The position numbers were made by a program, and so were the translations under genes. Source: Zootoca vivipara (Eukaryota). Taken from it: DNA of 64,000 bases. Below are positions 61,434 to 64,000 of this stretch, one piece after another. A model generated the notes under the pieces. The model saw only the letters and a program-made list of their open reading frames with translations, made no database searches and was not told where the DNA came from. The stretch is taken from NCBI RefSeq assembly GCF_963506605.1, contig NC_083288.1:33170001-33234000 (forward strand). The letters run 5' to 3'. The stretch's first letter is position 1. Each line of letters starts with the position of its first letter.

Positions 61434-63222
61434 TTATTTATACCCCCCCCCATCTGGCTGGGTTTCCCCAGCCACTCTGGGCGGCTTCCAGAAGGATATT
61501 AAAATACAATAATCTATTAAACATTAAAAGCTTCCCTAAACAGGGCTGCCTTCAGATGTCTTCTAAAAGTCTGGTAGTTGTTGTTCTCTTTGACATCTGG
61601 TGAGAAGGTGTTCCACAGGGCGGGTGCCACTACCGAGAAGGCCCTCTTGCCTGGTTCCCTGTAACTTGGCTTCTCGCAGCGAGTGAACCACCAGAAGGCC
61701 CTCGGCACTGGATCTCAGTGTCCGGGCAGAATGATGGGGGTGGAGACGCTCCTTCAGGTAGTTTGCTGAGAGCTGTTAAGAAAGTCCTATTCCTCACACA
61801 GAACTACAGTTCTCAGAGTGGTTTCAAAATCCATCCTTCTTCCCAGGGAATTGAACTCTTGGAATTGTAGCTCTTTGTGGGGTATACAGTTAGCATGAGC
61901 CACAGGAAATCAAACGTCAGCCAAATCTTTTGCCCTTGTATTCACAGAGTCGGGCCCATGTTCCAATACGATGTCCTCCTAGGTGCCCATCAGCTCTCAA
62001 ACCTCTCTGATAATGCTGTAGCATCTGCCGCGGAACAGATTATCCTCCATCCTGGCTACAATGGCAGCATTGACCACACAGCAGATATTGCTTTAATCAA
62101 GCTGAAGTCGCCTGTGAACTTCACTGACTACATCCTCCCCATCCGCCTGCCAGGGTCCTCTACAAGCTTCTCTTCAGGAGAATACTGCTGGGTAACTGGA
62201 TGGGGAGATATTCAAACTGGAGGTGAGGGGTTTTCTTTGTAGCACTTTTTCAGACTCTGTGACTCATCCAAATGAACAGTTCTGGGATGTGGCAGTGGGG
62301 GGGGGCGTGTCCACAGGGGCGATTGCCCTGGGCGCAAAACTGTTAAGGACACAACATTTCAACATCCAGTGCTGCCTCAATACACCTGTGCACTTCCATC
62401 ACTGGGCTCTGTTGAAAACGGTTTCTCCATGCAAACCAGGAAGTGACCTCTCCAGACAACAGAACGACTCTTCTTTTCTTATCTCTGTTGCTGTGATCAC
62501 CTGGGCGACGCGGATGCCATTAAGTGGTTGAATGCACGTGCGTACTCCATCCATTTCCCTCACGGAAGTAACATAGAAAAAATGCATACCAAAATGAAAT
62601 TTGCACAAAAATGCTGGTGAATTTTCATGAGGATTTTTAATAAATAATTGCAAAATGAACATTTCCCCTCCCCCCCAAGGCCAATCCTACCACTAGGCAG
62701 AGTGGTACAGGTGACTCAGGTGCTGAACTGTACTCAGAACTGTAGGTGTCATGTGATCTGCCTTGCGCTCTCAAACTAGCCCGGTGCCCTCAAGTACAGT
62801 GGAAGCTTCTGTCCCACTGCCTGTGTTAAAGAAAACACCAGTATTGTTCATGGAATCTCAGGGGGAGGGAATTTTGTATTTTGCCTCAGACAGCAAAATG
62901 TATTGGGCTGTTAGGTTTCCCTAGAAATAAATACGGGAGGAGATGTTGTCCCAAAGTGTGGCAGCTACATATCTACAGTGTGCTCAGTGAAAATTATGTC
63001 CTACTGAATGCCTCTGCATTCCATGAATACTTTCCCTTTCTCTCTCTTCTAGTGCCTTTACCTGCCCCACAGACTCTCCAGCAAGTGAAGGTGCCGCTCA
63101 TAAGCCGAGAAGTATGCAATGCTCTCTTTAACAGTGTCTCAGCGCAGGGCTCAAGGAAGGATCCTGTCAAGCAGGATATGATCTGTGCTGGTTACCCAGA
63201 AGGTGGGAAAGATTCTTGCCAG
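58656..63222 (+). CDS. Gene D: trypsin-like serine protease (PRSS27/PRSS33-like), 3'-partial. Exons 58656-58713, 59834-59854, 61052-61217, 61948-62222, 63053-63222; final exon lies right of the window
   Basis: Open spliced frame [36 protein letters not shown]|IVGG...TAAHC...ADIAL...ILPIRLP...CWVTGWG...[16 protein letters not shown]. Confidence 0.9.
59056..59259. mobile_element. GC-rich hAT MITE in gene D intron 1
   Basis: CAGTGGCGGAG...CCCCGCTG; 8-bp TSD GTCAAAGG. Confidence 0.85.
59834..59854 (+). CDS. Gene D micro-exon 2 (21 nt, GATSSKA)
   Basis: TTTCCCTCAG acceptor, GCAG|GTAAGA donor; similar to gene C DAASSEA. Confidence 0.85.
61052..61217 (+). CDS. Gene D exon 3 (R|IVGG, TAAHC)
   Basis: ORF 60955..61221; canonical splice sites. 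Confidence 0.95.
61405..61760 (-). mobile_element. L2 3' fragment with (ATT)n tail
   Basis: Closely similar to 9295-9665. Confidence 0.85.
61948..62222 (+). CDS. Gene D exon 4 ([15 protein letters not shown])
   Basis: ORF 61877..62242; canonical splice sites. Confidence 0.95.
63053..63222 (+). CDS. Gene D exon 5 ([10 protein letters not shown]...KDSCQ)
   Basis: ORF 62881..63270; 170 nt. Confidence 0.95.
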
Positions 63223-63339
63223 GTAGGTTGCTCCATGACCTGTCCTTCATACAGCCACCAGAGAACGTAGACAAAGGCAGACACTGGCATGATCGCATTG
63301 TAAAAAGAAAAATACCGCATATCTTTAGGAAGAAAATTT

Positions 63340-63585
63340 TGCAAGAAAAGAGATTCTGCCTGAACACCAGGAAAAACTTCCTGGTGGTAAGAGCTGTTCA
63401 ACAGTGGAACAGACCCCCTTTGAAAGTGGTGGGCTCTCCTTCCTCTGAGGTTTTTAAGCAGAGGTTGGGTGGCCATCTGCCAAGAAGGCTTTAGCGGAGA
63501 TTCCTGCATTGCTGCGGATTGGACTAGATGACTCTTGGGGTCCCTTCCAACTCCACAATTCTATAAATCTACGATTCTATGAATG
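63340..63585 (+). mobile_element. CR1 3' fragment
   Basis: RKNFLVVRAVQQWNR peptide; degenerate TTCTATGA tail. Confidence 0.75.
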
Positions 63586-64000
63586 ATTGCGTTGTGTGCG
63601 TTGTTCCTTCCTAAATTTGGTCTAGCTAATTTTGTTCTACCATTGGGAGATGGCACCTTGCAGCTTTTCAGATTCACCTATTTCCCCAAGAGTTCTTGTT
63701 GTTTTGTTTAAAAAATATTTCTGTGCTGCTTGTTTTAGCAACAAAACCTAAAAATATAAAAGTTTCATATAAAAAAGTTTCCCATACATACCAACTCAGA
63801 AACAAGTCCTCTTCTGTTTGGTGGGGTTCATCTCAGGTCCCTGACCATGGGTCATGCTGGCTGTAATTGTTAGGATGTAGAGACCAACAACATCAGGTTC
63901 CCCATCTCTTATTATAAACCTTATTTCAGCCCCCCTCGGCTGATCAGTATTTGGAATCTGTTGCTAGAGTTTTCCACCATGGATTCCATGTTTTCTCCCA

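Overview
Eukaryotic genomic DNA from a squamate reptile. Sauria SINEs, BovB, CR1, L2 and L1 repeats point to a lizard, probably a lacertid (inference). The window holds a cluster of four spliced trypsin-family (S1A) serine protease genes of the PRSS27/PRSS33/prostasin/testisin/tryptase-gamma type, arranged divergently. Genes A and B are on the minus strand, genes C and D on the plus strand. All share one plan: signal-peptide exon, 21-27 nt micro-exon, IVGG/His exon, Asp exon, C...DxC exon, and GDSGGP/tail exon. B (ATG 30648 to stop 19074) and C (38538-47516) are complete, each 951 nt / 316 aa with a GPI-like hydrophobic C-terminus. The last exons of A and D lie outside the window. Introns and spacers are dense with transposons, many with readable target-site duplications (TSDs). 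Main points of interest: (1) gene D has lost both cysteines of the inter-chain disulfide; (2) an intronic Helitron in gene C carries six 152-bp units of nested near-perfect hairpins; (3) a 2.1-kb non-autonomous L1-type element; (4) a Sauria SINE with an 86-bp perfect TSD; (5) a gag/integrase-tail fusion ORF between the divergent genes. Two 130-nt assembly gaps are present.
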